64,000 nt of DNA from Macrostomum lignano (GCA_002269645.1 NIVC01004012.1:739-64738), one strand, 5' to 3'. Shown: positions 1-23,565, counted from the first letter of the stretch. The notes: generated from the letters alone by a model not told the origin. Numbers and translations are program-made.

Positions 1-3000
1 GCTTAGCAAAGTCGCGCAGATGCCTCTCTTCAATTTGTTCAATCTGTTCAGTCCAGTACTGAGGCGGCTTCCGTTCGCCAGACGACAGAATCTGCCGGCC
101 GACGTCTTCGAAAACAACAGGACGCATTTCCAGATTCATGAGCAGCATTGATTGCAGTTGCTTCTTTGCGCGTTGCACCTGATCGTGCGGCAGCCGGTCT
201 GTCATCGCGTGAAGCTCGCGCACTATCACCTGCGGAATATCCACGCTTTTTCTCTTTGTTAAGGATTAACTTATATGTACGAGCTAGGTAGTGTACCTGA
301 ACGTTTATAAACTAGATTAGCAAGGATTAACACGGAAATTCCAATTCAGAGTTGGCTTAAAGGCCATTTAGGCAATTTTAACAGAAGAGTTTAGAGGTGG
401 ATTACTTAGGTGAATTCCGAGAAGTTTAACAAGACAGTTCAGAGGTGGGTTAGGTTAATCCTAAGAAGTTTGACAGTACGAGTAAAGTTCAGAGGTGGGT
501 TTAGGTAAACTCTGAAAAGTTTAACAAGGACATTCCAGAGGTGGGTTTAGGTGAATTCTGAGAAGTTTAACAAGGACATTCCAGAGGTGGTTTAGGTGAA
601 TTCTGAGAAGTTTAACAAGGACATTCCAGAGGTGGGTTTAAGTAAACTCTGAAAAGTTTAACAAGACATTCCAGAGGTGGGTTTAGATGAATTCTGAGAA
701 GTTTGACAGGACAGTTCAGGCGTGATTTAAGTTAATCCTGAGAAGTTTGACAGGACAGTTCAGGGGTGGATTTAAGTTAATCCTGAGAAGTTTGACAGAC
801 AGTTCAGGGGTGGATTTAAGTTAATCCTGAGAAGTTTGACAAGGACAGTTCAGGGGTGGATTTAAGTTAATCCTGAGAAGTTTGACAAGGACAGTTCAGG
901 GGTGGATTTAAGTTAATCCTGAGAAGTTTGACAGGACAGTTCAGGGGTGGATTTAAGTTACTCCTGAGAAGTTTGACAAGGACAGCACAGATGTGAATTT
1001 AAGAGCTATTTCGAGAAGTTTATGGGTAGAATTTTTTTATTGCCATTGGGAGAAGTTTATCAGGGCAATTTAGCAGTAGTACTGATGCAATTCTCAGAGT
1101 AAAGTTAATCCTCACCTTGCACAGATCGCGGCACTGCTGAGGCGGAGCGCTAGCCTGAATAGCAAACAGTCCGGAATCGGCGTAGGCCTGGTTGCTAGCC
1201 TGAGCGCTATTCACCCAATAGTGCCGGTTCAGCACCCTGGTGAACAGTCGGGTGTACATGCCTTTGCCCGGTCCGCCGGCGCTGAAGCTGCCGCCGCCGC
1301 CCATCATCATGTTGAGTACGCAGGAGGCGACAAAGCCTTCGTCGGATAGTGAGCAGGACTCCAAGCCCAGGCCAATGTGTATTAGCTCTGGCAATTGAAG
1401 CGCTGCGTGCATCTGAGAATGAGCCTTTTCAACTCGGGCCTCGCCACCGGTGTACTGAGCTACGGAATTGTCCGGCTGCTGAGCGGCAGCGCCCGCGGAG
1501 CCGGCCAGCCAGTCGGCTGATCGGCAAAGTAACTCTCCGCTGCCTGCATTAGCGGCTGATGCGGTACGCCAATTCCGCATAGGATCATGCGCTCCGGCCG
1601 GTAATAAGTAGCTAAATAGCGTAACACCTCAGATCGATCGATTGAGTCAACATTGTCTAATGGGCAGAACTTGGGAAAGCCCAGCGTGTTGGCCTGATAG
1701 GCGGCGCTGTACAACAGGTCGGTCAGTATGGGCTCGGGGCTGGCGCTCATCTCCATGGCCTCCCAATCGAAGCGGACCTTTTTGAGAATTTATTAGAAAA
1801 AATCATCGGCTGGACTGTACATTGCGAGCATAAAATAGCGAGACGATAGACACAGGAAGGATAGGTAGCAATAGCAAGCTGCTGATAGACACGGAAAGGG
1901 ACAGGTAGCAATAGCAAGCTGCTGATAGACACGGGAAGGGACAGGTAGCAATAGCAAGCTGCTGATAGACACGGGAAGGGACAGGTAGCAATAGCAAGCT
2001 GCTGATAGACACGGGAAGGGACAGGTAGCAATAGCAAGCTGCTGATAGACACGGGAAGGGACAGGTAGCAATAGCAAGCTGCTGATAGACACGGGAAGGG
2101 ACAGGTAGCAATAGCAAGCTGCTGATAGACACGGGAAGGGACAGGTAGCAATAGCAAGCTGCTGATAGACACGGGAAGGGACAGGTAGCAATAGCAAGCT
2201 GCTGATAGACACGGGAAGGGACAGGTAGCAATAGCAAGCTGCTGATAGACACGGGAAGGGACAGGTAGCAATAGCAAGCTGCTGATAGACACGGGAAGGG
2301 ACAGGTAGCAATAGCAAGCTGCTGATAGACACGGGAAGGACAGGTAGCAATAGCAAGCTGCTGATAGACACGGGAAGGGACAGGTAGCAATAGCAAGCTG
2401 CTGATAGACACGGAAAGGGACAGGTAGCAATAGCAAGCTGCTGATAGACACGGGAAGGGACAGGTAGCAGTAGCAAGGCACGGATAAGATTTCACTAATA
2501 ATTTTCTACTAGATCGAGGATCACCTTTTCTCTGGCGGCCACCACCTCGTCGGAGTCGTAGCGGGCCCGGTAGACCACCTGGGCCAGGGCGGAGACCAGC
2601 CGGTCCAGGTGCAGAGGATTAGCGCTCATAGCGTAAATAGTAGCGTCCTTGCTGCTCTGCGTATCGAATATGCCGCCGCATTGTTCGATTTCGCTCAATA
2701 AATGCTCGCGATTCGGGTAGGCGCGAGTTGAACCGAACGACATCTTCTCAACTAGATGGGACACGCCTTTGGTAAAGCCGGCCTGCGGTTAAGGATAAGG
2801 ACAGTGTCCGGGTCGTGCTTAAGTTTTAGAAAAAGAACACATGCACAAGAAGTATAACAGCAAGTCTGCACTATTCAATAATAAAACTTGTACACACCTG
2901 AAACCTAGGCCCGGCTTTGATGACAACTCCAACTGTACATCCAGTACCTATACGATCCATAGAAGCCACTGTGAGCCCATTGGACAACCGACCAATTAGA

Positions 3001-3254
3001 ACGTTTTCGTTGTCCTTGGCGTACGCGGCAGCCGGTTTGGCCTGTTCGGCCATTGACTGCCAGTTGAAGCCTTCTGGCTGCACAGTCAGTGGAGTGTGCA
3101 GCAGAGGCGACTGGCGCCGATGAGAGTCGGACACAACCGTCGGCCGACCGGACGCGGTGGCGCTGGCCACGCTAGCCGAAGCTGGCGGGCCCTGCAGAGG
3201 CGGCGGCCGGCCACCAGTCAGGGAGGTGATGAAGCGGGTCAAACGGGACGACAT
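1..3254 (-). CDS. PMPCA: Mitochondrial processing peptidase alpha subunit; 3' end lies outside the window; 1-bp frameshift near 1513
   Basis: Exons 2898-3254, 2525-2782, 1116-1777 and <1-229, all GT-AG and phase 0. Hallmarks: SHLVEKMSFGST, the glycine loop MMGGGGSFSAGGPGKGMYTRL, and KKQLQSMLLMNLEMRPVVFEDVGRQ. Exon 1116-1777 is 662 nt, one base short of a multiple of 3. Confidence 0.95.
375..985. repeat. About 40-46 bp minisatellite in PMPCA intron 4, with a divergence gradient along the array
   Basis: Unit is approximately gtttgacaaggacagttcaggggtggatttaagttaatcctgagaa; units at 375-700 are more diverged than those at 720-985. Confidence 0.9.
1845..2480. repeat. 40-bp minisatellite (about 15-16 copies) in PMPCA intron 3
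   Basis: Unit gctgatagacacgggaagggacaggtagcaatagcaagct, nearly invariant. Confidence 0.97.
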
Positions 3255-3534
3255 GCTGCTACAAATAATAATTCGAGCGGCAGAAATTGTCCATAAATAG
3301 ATTCAAGATGAAAATTCTAAACTAAGTGGTTCAACAGCGTGTGCTTTAAATGAGACCGTGGATTATTAAATTCAACTTGCGTATAACTTATGTTAAAATA
3401 AAATTCCATTTGAGTGTTTGTACAATAAATTATTGAAGTTAATCTACGGAAGTCAGTGTACATCGGAGAGGGCATTTGTAGTGGTTGGGTAGGGAGTGAG
3501 TTCTTAAACTTATCGTGGGACTGCAAAAAGTCGG

Positions 3535-3790
3535 CTAATGTACATTGAGGGACGAGAATTGGGTAAGAGGTGTACATTGATAACGGTTAGACTGGAAACT
3601 CGTCTTTAAATTATTTGGGGGCTTATCAGGAGCCAGCTTAATGTACATTGAGGGACGAGAATTGGGTAAGAGAAGGTGTACATTGATAGTGATAACGGTT
3701 TAGACTGGAAATTCGTGCTTAAATTATTGGGGAGCGTGGTGTACATTGCGGGGACGAGAATTTTGTATAAGTGTACATGAAAGTTCGTGA
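3535..3790. repeat. Imperfect triplication (about 100-bp period) between MRPS26 and PMPCA
   Basis: tacattgagggacgagaatt recurs at about 3540, 3645 and 3745 (the last a variant). Confidence 0.7.
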
Positions 3791-4814
3791 ACTAATAAGA
3801 CTAAATATTCTATAGTCATGCCGGTAGCTAGTGCAAGCAACACTGGAGTGAGCCCAAAAAATTAAGAGATAACAAAACGAACCGATATTATATCTTGCCA
3901 ATGACAATGTTCCATTTATTTATTCAACAGAAACTAACTGTTCGGCAATAAAATATTTCATAAACAATGACACTGATCAAGCAAAAGGTTGAATGCGAAA
4001 AAAGTTTAACTTTCTGTTTAGAAAACGTAAAGCAACGTTTTCGATTTGGGAACGAACCTATGCAGTTGACTACAAGATCAAAAGCCAGTAGCAGTTCACT
4101 TCAGGGAGAAACTATTAAAAAGCTGAGCGAGAGAAATTAAGTAACGCTTCGTATTACCAATCTTTTTGACAACCCATAATTGCTTGCTTCTTGTTCTTCT
4201 ACTGAAGCTTAAGATTCAATAACCCGATATTACAGACAATTCAACAATGAAATATGTTTTTTGGCATTTTAGACAAAATATTCTGGTCTAGCCGTTAGCA
4301 TTCAAAAAACAAGGACTACCTTTCAGTCCCCCAGACACAGCAGGGCAGTCGGGGTGGGGGGGGGACACAGCGCCCCAAAACCCATTCTACTTCGTAATGT
4401 ACTGTAAATATTTTTGTGTACTTTTGACTATCACCCGAATGAGTGTGTGCATCAGTTACGTATCTCAGGGGTCAGAAAAGTGGGTGAGCTCAAACAAGCC
4501 AGCCGGTGCCTCTCTCTGCTGCCGCAAATCAAAGACAAGCAGTCATGTCCACTCCGCTGACCCCTGGGCACGCATACGGATACGTATGCAGACGCACCAC
4601 TCATACAAGGTGTACCTTCTCACCATTGGACGTGTACACTCTCTGTGCCTTGGGGGTTGGCCCTCAAGGGTGTTAATTGCACGACAAGCTCCAGCCCCGA
4701 ACCTGAGCTACCCAGAACAATGAAACCCATGCATGTAACAATTAAGGGTTGTAAAAAAAGTGGGTAAATTAGAATAAGAAGCGTCTCATAGTTAATTACA
4801 CAATAGAAGGGGAA

Positions 4815-7159
4815 CTACACCCTAACCGACAGTTCATCCGGCGAAGGAGGCTCCGGCGGTTCCGGCACGGAGTCGGCCGCCGATCCAACAACACCCCGGA
4901 TCATATTGCCAGCCGGATCGATGGCAAAGTTAAAATCAACAATTGGCGAGTCCAAAATCGCCTCGATTTTAGCATCTAAATTGCTTTCGTCAATAAAATC
5001 GCCAGCCTGTTCGAGGTCGCGTTTCAGTCGAGCCTGGAAGCTGAGCACGGCAGCTTGGTCGGCCAGTTCGCTGTCCAGCTGCAGACGGTCGTGCTCATTG
5101 CGCAGCTCATCTAGTTGGCGTCGCATCTCATCTACGCGAAGCTCGGCGCTCCGAGCGTTCCAATCGGCGTTGATTCGTTCGGCTTCGTCAACTTGGCGCT
5201 TGGTCTCGGCGCTGTCGGCCAGCTGGTCCTCTTGGCTGCCGAGCTTGTGCAGACCGTCGGAAGCCTGACGTTGAATGTTCAAATCTCATTTGATTCGTTC
5301 CGAATACGAAAAAATCACTTAAACTAAAGCAAAAGCACTCTTAGTCTTAAGCTTAATGTTATTAAAAAAACTTTTGTTTAAACGATTACTCCACTCAGAC
5401 ACTTACATTAACTACATGTAGATGAAAAAACGGAGTGCCTAATTCTTTTTTTCAGTAGCTCCCTTGACTATATATCCTTTCTTTCACAACAGCTGTGGCA
5501 CCCCTTGTATTGGCACCTTATGTGCTGGCGCCCTTAATGCTGACACCCTTTGTGCTGGCGCCCTTAATGCTAGCGGCCCTTGTGTTGGCGCCTCTTGTGA
5601 TGGCGCCCTAATGCTGGCGCTCCTTGTGCTGGCGCCCTTAATGCTGGCACTCCTTGTGTTGGCGCCCTTAATGCTGACACCCCTTGTGCTGGAGCCCTTA
5701 ATGCTGGCGCTCCTTGTGTTGGCGCCCTTAATGCTGACACCCCTTGTGCTGGAGCCCTTAATGCTGGCGCTCCTTGTGTTGGCGCCCTTAATGCTGACAC
5801 CCCTTGTGTTGGAGCCCTTAATGCTGGCGCTCCTTGTGTTGGCGCCCTTAATGCTGACACCCCTTGTGCTGGAGCCCTTAATGCTGGCGCTCCTTGTGTT
5901 GGCGCCCTTAATGCTGACACCCCTTGTGTTGGAGCCCTTAATGCTGGCGCTCCTTGTGTTGGCGCCCTTAATGCTGGCACTCCTTGTGTTGGCGCCCTTA
6001 ATGCTGACACCCCTTGTGCTGGCGCCCTTAATGCTGGCACTCCTTGTGTTGGCGCCCTTAATGCTGGCACTCCTTGTGTTGGCGCCCTTAATGCTGACAC
6101 CCCTTGTGCTGGCGCCCTTAATGCTGGCACTCCTTGTGTTGGCGCCCTTAATGCTGACACCCCTTGTGCTGGAGCCCTTAATGCTGGCGCTCCTTGTGTT
6201 GGCGCCCTTAATGCTGACACCCCTTGTGTTGGAGCCCTTAATGCTGGCGCTCCTTGTGTTGGCGCCCTTAATGCTGGCGCTCCTTGTGTTGGCGCCCTTA
6301 ATGCTGGCACTCCTTGTGTTGGCGCCCTTAATGCTGGCACTCCTTGTGTTGGCGCCCTTAATGCTGGCACCCCTTGTGTTGGCGCCTTATGTGCTGGCGC
6401 CCTAAGCTGGCGCTCCTTGTGTTGACGCCCTTAATTCTGGCACCCCTTGTGTTGGCGCCTTATGTGCTGACGCCCTAAGCTGGCGCTCCTTGTGTTGGCG
6501 CCCTTAATGCTGGCACGCCTTGTTTTGGCGCCTTATGTGCTGGCGCTACTTGTGTTGACGCCCTTAATGCTGGCACCCCTTGTGTTGGCGCCTCTTGTGA
6601 TGGCACCTTAATGCTGGCGCTCCTTGTGCTGGCGCTCTTAATGCTGGCACCCCTCGTGTTGGAGCCCTTAATGCTGGCGCGCCTAATGCTGGCCGCATCG
6701 ATGGCGCTCCCAAAAAACGCGGCCATCGCAATAAAAATTCCTGGCTTCAACCCTAATACGTGGCCCGTGAGACACTTGCCCTTTAGCCCTGAACATCTAG
6801 TATTGCTTATTAGGGGCATTCAAGGCTAGAAATATGCATTAGAGAATTAACTGGCGTACCCGCTCCCCAGGCAACAATAGCCGACCGTGCAATTCATAAT
6901 AGAAAGCCTGCTGCAACGCATTCAGCTGCATCTCATAGCTGGCCCAACGGCTTTCAAATATGGCCACAGCGTCCGGGTCGCGTTTGTGCCATTCGCGAAC
7001 TCGAAACGCTTTCACTTTGGGATGAGGAATCACTCGCGGATTGCGGTGCGGCCGCTGGCGAAAGTTTTTAAACAGGTGGCCGATGCCGCGCGATGCTGCA
7101 TAGGCTCGGCTGCATAGCAACGGCAGCATTCGCTGCACTTTGCTAGTACGCAGCGCCAT
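4815..7159 (-). CDS. MRPS26: Mitochondrial ribosomal protein S26 (mS26)
   Basis: Exons 6860-7159 and 4815-5264 (phase-0 GT-AG). Basic N-terminal presequence, a coiled coil, and FIDESNLDAKIEAILD..DFNFAID resembling human FITRENLEARVEAALD..NYNWAIT (recalled). Confidence 0.85.
5505..6690. repeat. 30-bp minisatellite in the MRPS26 intron
   Basis: Unit ttaatgctggc(g/a)ctccttgtgttggcgccc with variant units (gacacccc, gagccc) interleaved. Confidence 0.97.
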
Positions 7160-10100
7160 GCATTGTTTTCACAAGCCAGATGGAAGAATCCCGATACTGA
7201 TCCTTATCAAAGAATCCTCATTCTGAAATCCTGGGATCCCAATCATTAAATCTTGGTATTCCCAATTCGAATGCAGGATCCCGATTCTCGCTTGTAGTCC
7301 TGAACTCCTGGTATTCTAATTATTAAATCCCAGAATTTCCAACCTTGAATCCAAAATGCTGGTCTGAGATCCCGGGATCCGAATCTTGAAATCTCGGGAT
7401 CCTGATTCTTAAATCACAGGACGCCAATTTAGACATCCAGGGTCCCAATTCTTAAATCCATGGACCCCAGTTCAGACATCAAACAATCCTTAAATCCAAT
7501 GATTTCCAATCCCAATTCTAAAATCTAAAATCCCAAATCATTTACACAAGGCATACAATGGCCTATGTTTCTTATTGTTAGGAATGTATGCACACCTTAT
7601 GGCTTGACAATTGTCATTTGGTGATTGATAGACACAGAGTTAGACAGATTAACCACTAAGCCACTTTGCCTCTTGCCCCATATTTAGACATGCACAGAGG
7701 TTTAAAAGGATCCTAATCCTAATATTGTTGTCCCAAGATCTAAATTTTGCAAGATCTAAAAACATTAACATTTAATATTTAGAGCCAATATTATATAAAC
7801 TGTATATTTCAATTCTAAATCCTAGGATTTTAGCAAAAAAATATGAAATCTCATACAAAAAACCTTAACTCTGTCTGACTTAATTATTAAACCACATTAT
7901 TACAAACTATAAAACTTATAGAGTATTAAATTAGCATTTTTAAAAACTAAATTGAAATAGATAATATTAAGGACTCCAGTGAGATTCTTGAAGTAATTTT
8001 TTTAATTAATAAATCTTACCTGCCCAAGGTAAAAAACACAATTTTTTTTTAAATTTGTCAAATAATAAAACCATTACAAAACTTCTCATATCTTGTTTAT
8101 ATGCCTAATAAGTCATTTTAGCTTTTATCACTTTGTCTTTTGATGAGAATAAAGCAAATATAATTAGAATAGCAAAAACCTTTGTAACAATACTTACTAA
8201 AGTCACTCTTAGGCCTAAATGTATAGGGGAACTATAGAAAATTATTTTTTTTTACTATTTTTGCATAGTTAATGCAATGTCTAATATCATTACCTTTTAT
8301 TATAAACAAATTAACAGATTAAAAAGTTGTTTTTTAATTATAACAACAAATTTAACCTATTGACAAAAATAAAAATAGTAAGAGTTTTATAAAAAATTCT
8401 AACATACTTGATATAAAAATTAGTAAAATAAAAAAATTAAGTTCATTATATGTATTGGATTTGACTTTTATTTCCAATGACTCTTATGCTTGAACACATC
8501 ATTTTTATTCAATGTTAAAGTTATATAATATAAAGCCTTTAGTTTTTACAAATTTCAATATTTGAATAAGATTTCAATGAAAATAATAGCAAGACTATTT
8601 TGATATTATAACAATCCAATGAAAGCTAGATATCTTATACTTTCTATAAAAAGTTACTTCTCTATAAAAAGTATGAAAAATTAGGGCCTATTTTATATTA
8701 TACTTGCTTTTACTTTATATAATTGTATTTCAAGATGATTTAGTTCAAAACAAAACCCTTTTTTTCAATACATATATTAAAAATGGTCTGTTGGTAGGTA
8801 TGCAATTGATTTTAGTTTTACCTAAATGCCTAATTAATCTCATTGTTTATGTCCTATGACAATGATCATGCAAATGTAACAATTTCTTACTAATGAACTT
8901 TAATAATAAATTAAAATTATAGACTTTATTGCTTGCATATGAGTATTGATCATTTTGATTTATTTCTTTCCCAATCTTTTGTAATTTTTTTTGCTATACC
9001 AACTAATGCTACTAAATAACCTTACAATTTATATTTATTATTAACTGATTAGCTTTAAAGTTTCAAATCAATATATCACTTTTTTATTATATGCTTACTT
9101 TTAGTAATAGTGGTAAGTCATTCCACAATAGGGTCCCGTCATGTTTTTGAACTTTAAGCACTTGTAACTTTGCACTATAATAGATAGAATAAAGCTGCAA
9201 AAAGCAATCTATGTCAAATTTCTAGTTCTATACTTATACTTATATATGCACAATCTTGGGAATCACTTAGCCATTTCTATTGGCAACATACATATGTAAG
9301 TTGCTATTAGCTAAGAGTAGTCACATGACAACTATTCCATCTAATGACAACTTACATATGTGTTGCCAATAGAAATAGCCAGGTGAATCCCTAGGTTGCG
9401 CCCCAGCATGTCTATACTTTTCATATAGCTGCTTATGAATTTTAAAAAAATTAAAATTAAAAATAAAATTAAAATTAAAAAACACAGTAGAACATAAACT
9501 ATGCTAATAGCCATTTGATTAGATTATATGTAAAAAGTTTTTAAAATTATTATTTATTACTTTTTTAGCTTGTAAATTGCTTGGATGACCTGCGTTTCAC
9601 TAAAAAGATAGGAAAAGCAAAGACAATGTATTATAATATAGTCTATTTTTTAAAAGTTCAAGATTTTTGTATTTTCTATAAGGCCTATTAACTTTAAATT
9701 AATAGATTAATGCTTATTAATGCTCAATTTTTAGTTAATTTATTAAAGAATTAATATGTTAGGATTTTGTTTTAATGCTAACACTAACACTATTTATTGC
9801 CATTATGGCATTAATAGAAGTTAAGATTTTCATTAACACTTATTTATTAACACTATTTTTAAAGTCATTAACACTGACCCAACACTGATTTATAGGCCTA
9901 TATATAATCATAAATATAAGTATAACACCAAAGCAGAAACATTGCCTACAAAACTTAGAAGTCTAATTTATCTATTATAGGCCCTACTTAAAAAATATTG
10001 AATAAGTGCCATGGCCAGATACAAAATAATTGCTATAAATTCATAATTCATTTCAAAGTAAAAGCATTATTAGCCAACTTAGTAGGTTAGGTCAGGTCAG

Positions 10101-11700
10101 GTTAGGCCTAGGTGGCCCTTGCTTTTTTATAAATCAGAACTGCAGGCTAAAAGAAACAGCTTGCAGACTATTCATCAAGTTAATATGTCTAAGCATAGCC
10201 TATCTAAGTCAAGCCTAGCCTAATATGTGCAAGTGACAAGTTAGTTGCTTGCAACCATTGGCATTACATTAGGACCATGGAGCAAATATTCCTAGGCCTA
10301 CCTAAGCTTAATAAAGGCTAAATCAAAGCCACTGACACAAATCAATAATGAATTGATATTTTATCTGCATAGTCTGCATAGCTAATACTAAATTAAGCTA
10401 GTTAGACTTCACTCGTGCATGCATTCTCACAGTCATCAAAGTTACATAATAGGCATAAAATAGTCATATAGGCCTATAGATCATAGGACATAAAGATTAA
10501 ATAAATGACTAATATTAGACCCATAAGGCCCAAGGCAGGCAAACAAGCGTATTAACTTAGGACAGAGAAACGAAGAACTTATTAAAAACCGACCATTGGC
10601 TATATGAATTTTAGACTTAGTTAGAAATTGCATACAAGCAAGCAACCAAGCAATTACTAGACTTTAAGTTTTGGTGAAGAAACGGCGAAAATCGGTTGAG
10701 CCTTTCGGGAGATAATCGATTGCATACATACAAGCAATTTTTGTATATTAGATTCAATTACTCGTTTGTGCTTTAGTGTTTTTTATGTATTGTGAACTCG
10801 AATCAATAGGTTATTAGGCTTTGCATTAATGCACGCATTAAGCATAAGGGCCTATCATTGATTTATGATAAGAACTCACGGAATATTAAGCACGTTTTAA
10901 ATGGGATTAAAACACAATTGAAAACTTTTCGCTTCTATATTAAATACCGTTTCAGCAAGTGCGAAATATTTTGATTTTAAAATAAAAAAACATACTTCTT
11001 CAGTTTAACTGAGTGAATACGATTTTTCTAAAAAAATTCTTATCAGTTGTAACCAGGAGTGGAACTCGGCTTTGGTTTGGTTTCAATCGAATTCTGATAA
11101 TTTCACTTTATAACCAAGCCAAAAGACCTCCATGATCTTAATAAATCTGATCTTCATAATTCGACGCAAAAAAGTAGACATTATTTGCTTGGTTTCGCAT
11201 TTTGTCGAATTCGTGGATAGAGTTGTTACTATTGAATATAATTTGCAAAAGTATATTTTTGCTTTCGGCTTATGTTGGAAGTACAGGATCATATATTCCC
11301 AATTGACATACTTAGCTAAACTAATGTTAACTGAATTCTTGCTCATACTGAATGTCCCATGGATAATGTACATGTGAAATGTTTTATGTAATTTTCATGT
11401 AAACCGTAAATTTTATCAAAGTGATTTCTTTTTTCATAATCTTTTGGTTTCTTTCATAGGATTATAGAAATAATAAGCAAATTAGAGTATGAGCAAATTA
11501 TAATATGTATGTGAAAGCCGTCTTTGTTTTATGTATGCTTTATATACTTCAAAGTTGGTTGACTGCATGTACGAGCCATATTGTGCTATCGTGTTTATAC
11601 AGGCGCGTGTGATCGTTCTTTTTGTACATATTTTTCTATAATTTTTAACTATCTTTCAATTTTTCCATAAACAAATTTATGCCAAGAAATTAATAATCCA

Positions 11701-21961
<10,261 letters not shown>

Positions 21962-23565
21962 GCCGAATCTTCTTTTAAATTATATTAATTTAAAAGATTA
22001 ATGGACCTGGAATTTGTGCAGATCCCTCCTTGACACCTCGGAGTGTCTCTAGAAACCCACGCTCAAGGACCAGTGGTAAAGTAATGAGACGGACGAAACC
22101 TAAAAAATTATGGACAAAATCATATCAGTATCTCACCTTATTGAACTCCAAGATGTATTTATAAAGCTGAGATTTTTTTATAGAAATAGGAGTTCAATTT
22201 GGTGTTCAACTTGAGTTTAAATAGAATGCCGATCATTTTCTAGGTGTCACTTCATATTACTATTATATCAGTGGTCCTTGACCAGCTGGACCATGCATGG
22301 CACCAAACGACAAAAAATATAGGGCTCGTACGTTCCTTGACCGGCCTCTCCGGATCATTTCTAAGAAAATCTAGTGTATAGCTAGCGTCCTTCTATACTC
22401 CCAATCTTCCAACCCTATCAAAAGATCAAGGTCCATATATATTATTAATGTTTCGAGTCCTAAATGAACAGATAGCGAGGGCATAGCAACCTCGTCCTTC
22501 CAACACGAATACAGATCCTGTATCAATGCGTGCAATCAGTCAGTTGCTATCCGTGTTTATCACCGCTGATTCAAATCCATGCTTTCTATAATCCAAATGT
22601 TTATCAGTTTTATTTATTCAAAGTACGATCGTATTACCAAATTTTCTTGGATTAACAATTTTTTACTGATTTTGATTTATCAATCAGCGACGTGTTCAAT
22701 TTTTTGATTCAAATTTTTATGAAGTCTGAATTATTATATTTTTTCCTAGGCCTACTCAGTCTTTGATTTTTACAGTTTACCTGCTTGTACGATTTTTTCA
22801 AAGGTGCAATCGATTCTATAATTTTTAATAAAGCAAATATACTTCAACCATGTACTGATTATAGCTGCCCTTAGATGTGCAAAAGTAAAAACGAAGAAGC
22901 AAATAATTTTTGGTTAAGGACGACACAGTTTAACACGATATGGCTAAATTCAAGACTGTATTATTGTATTTATTTCTTATATTTTAAACGAAAAGGGACT
23001 GAAAGAAAGTCTAGATAGTTGCGCATTAATAATGACGAATGGACGAATTCGAACAAAAGGGACAGGAAGAGGTGCTTCTAGATGTTATTTAATATCCGGG
23101 GTTCAGAGTATCGACTATCTTAATAGAAAAAATATAGATAACAATAATAACTACTTGGTCTACTATAAAGAAACCAAAGGAAGTTGAGCGACTTGAAATA
23201 AAATATTAAATACTATTTCTAATCGCTAATAAACTAAGCGTTCTGTTTGCTGTCAAAGGTTACACCGGGGGGTTTGGCGGGGGATAGAAAGCTGCTATAA
23301 TGATTTATAACAGAAAAAAAACACAACTAAGATTTGTGTAAGCTACTCAAGCTGGTTTAGAAGTGCTTCTTAGGCGTATGAAAAATGGCGCTAAAGATGG
23401 ATTTGAATCAATTAGAAAATCGAGCAATAGACAGCTGACAGAGTTAAGCACAACATTGAAATCGCTAGAGTTAGTTCGACGCTAATTAATAACAGGCTAT
23501 TATAGCTAAATTAACTGAGTTCCGATCTGGCTGTCAAATCATCATACAGCCAAGGTGTTCAGCTC

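Noticed and set aside
1845-2480. CRISPR-like appearance of regular repeats
   Set aside because: The units are head-to-tail with no unique spacers, there are no cas genes, and the context is eukaryotic.
1747-2495. Long repetitive ORFs (also 5464-6405, 13615-14142, 14940-15560, 16634-17183, 18505-19733, 42886-43578, 46072-47003, 47614-48209)
   Set aside because: They are stop-free frames of minisatellites lying in introns or intergenic DNA, open in several frames and strands; they are not genes.
11083-11377. Short ORFs in AT-rich DNA (also 25619-26049, 38392-39582, 60665-63389)
   Set aside because: AT-rich composition, no recognisable homology and no splice-consistent partner exons.
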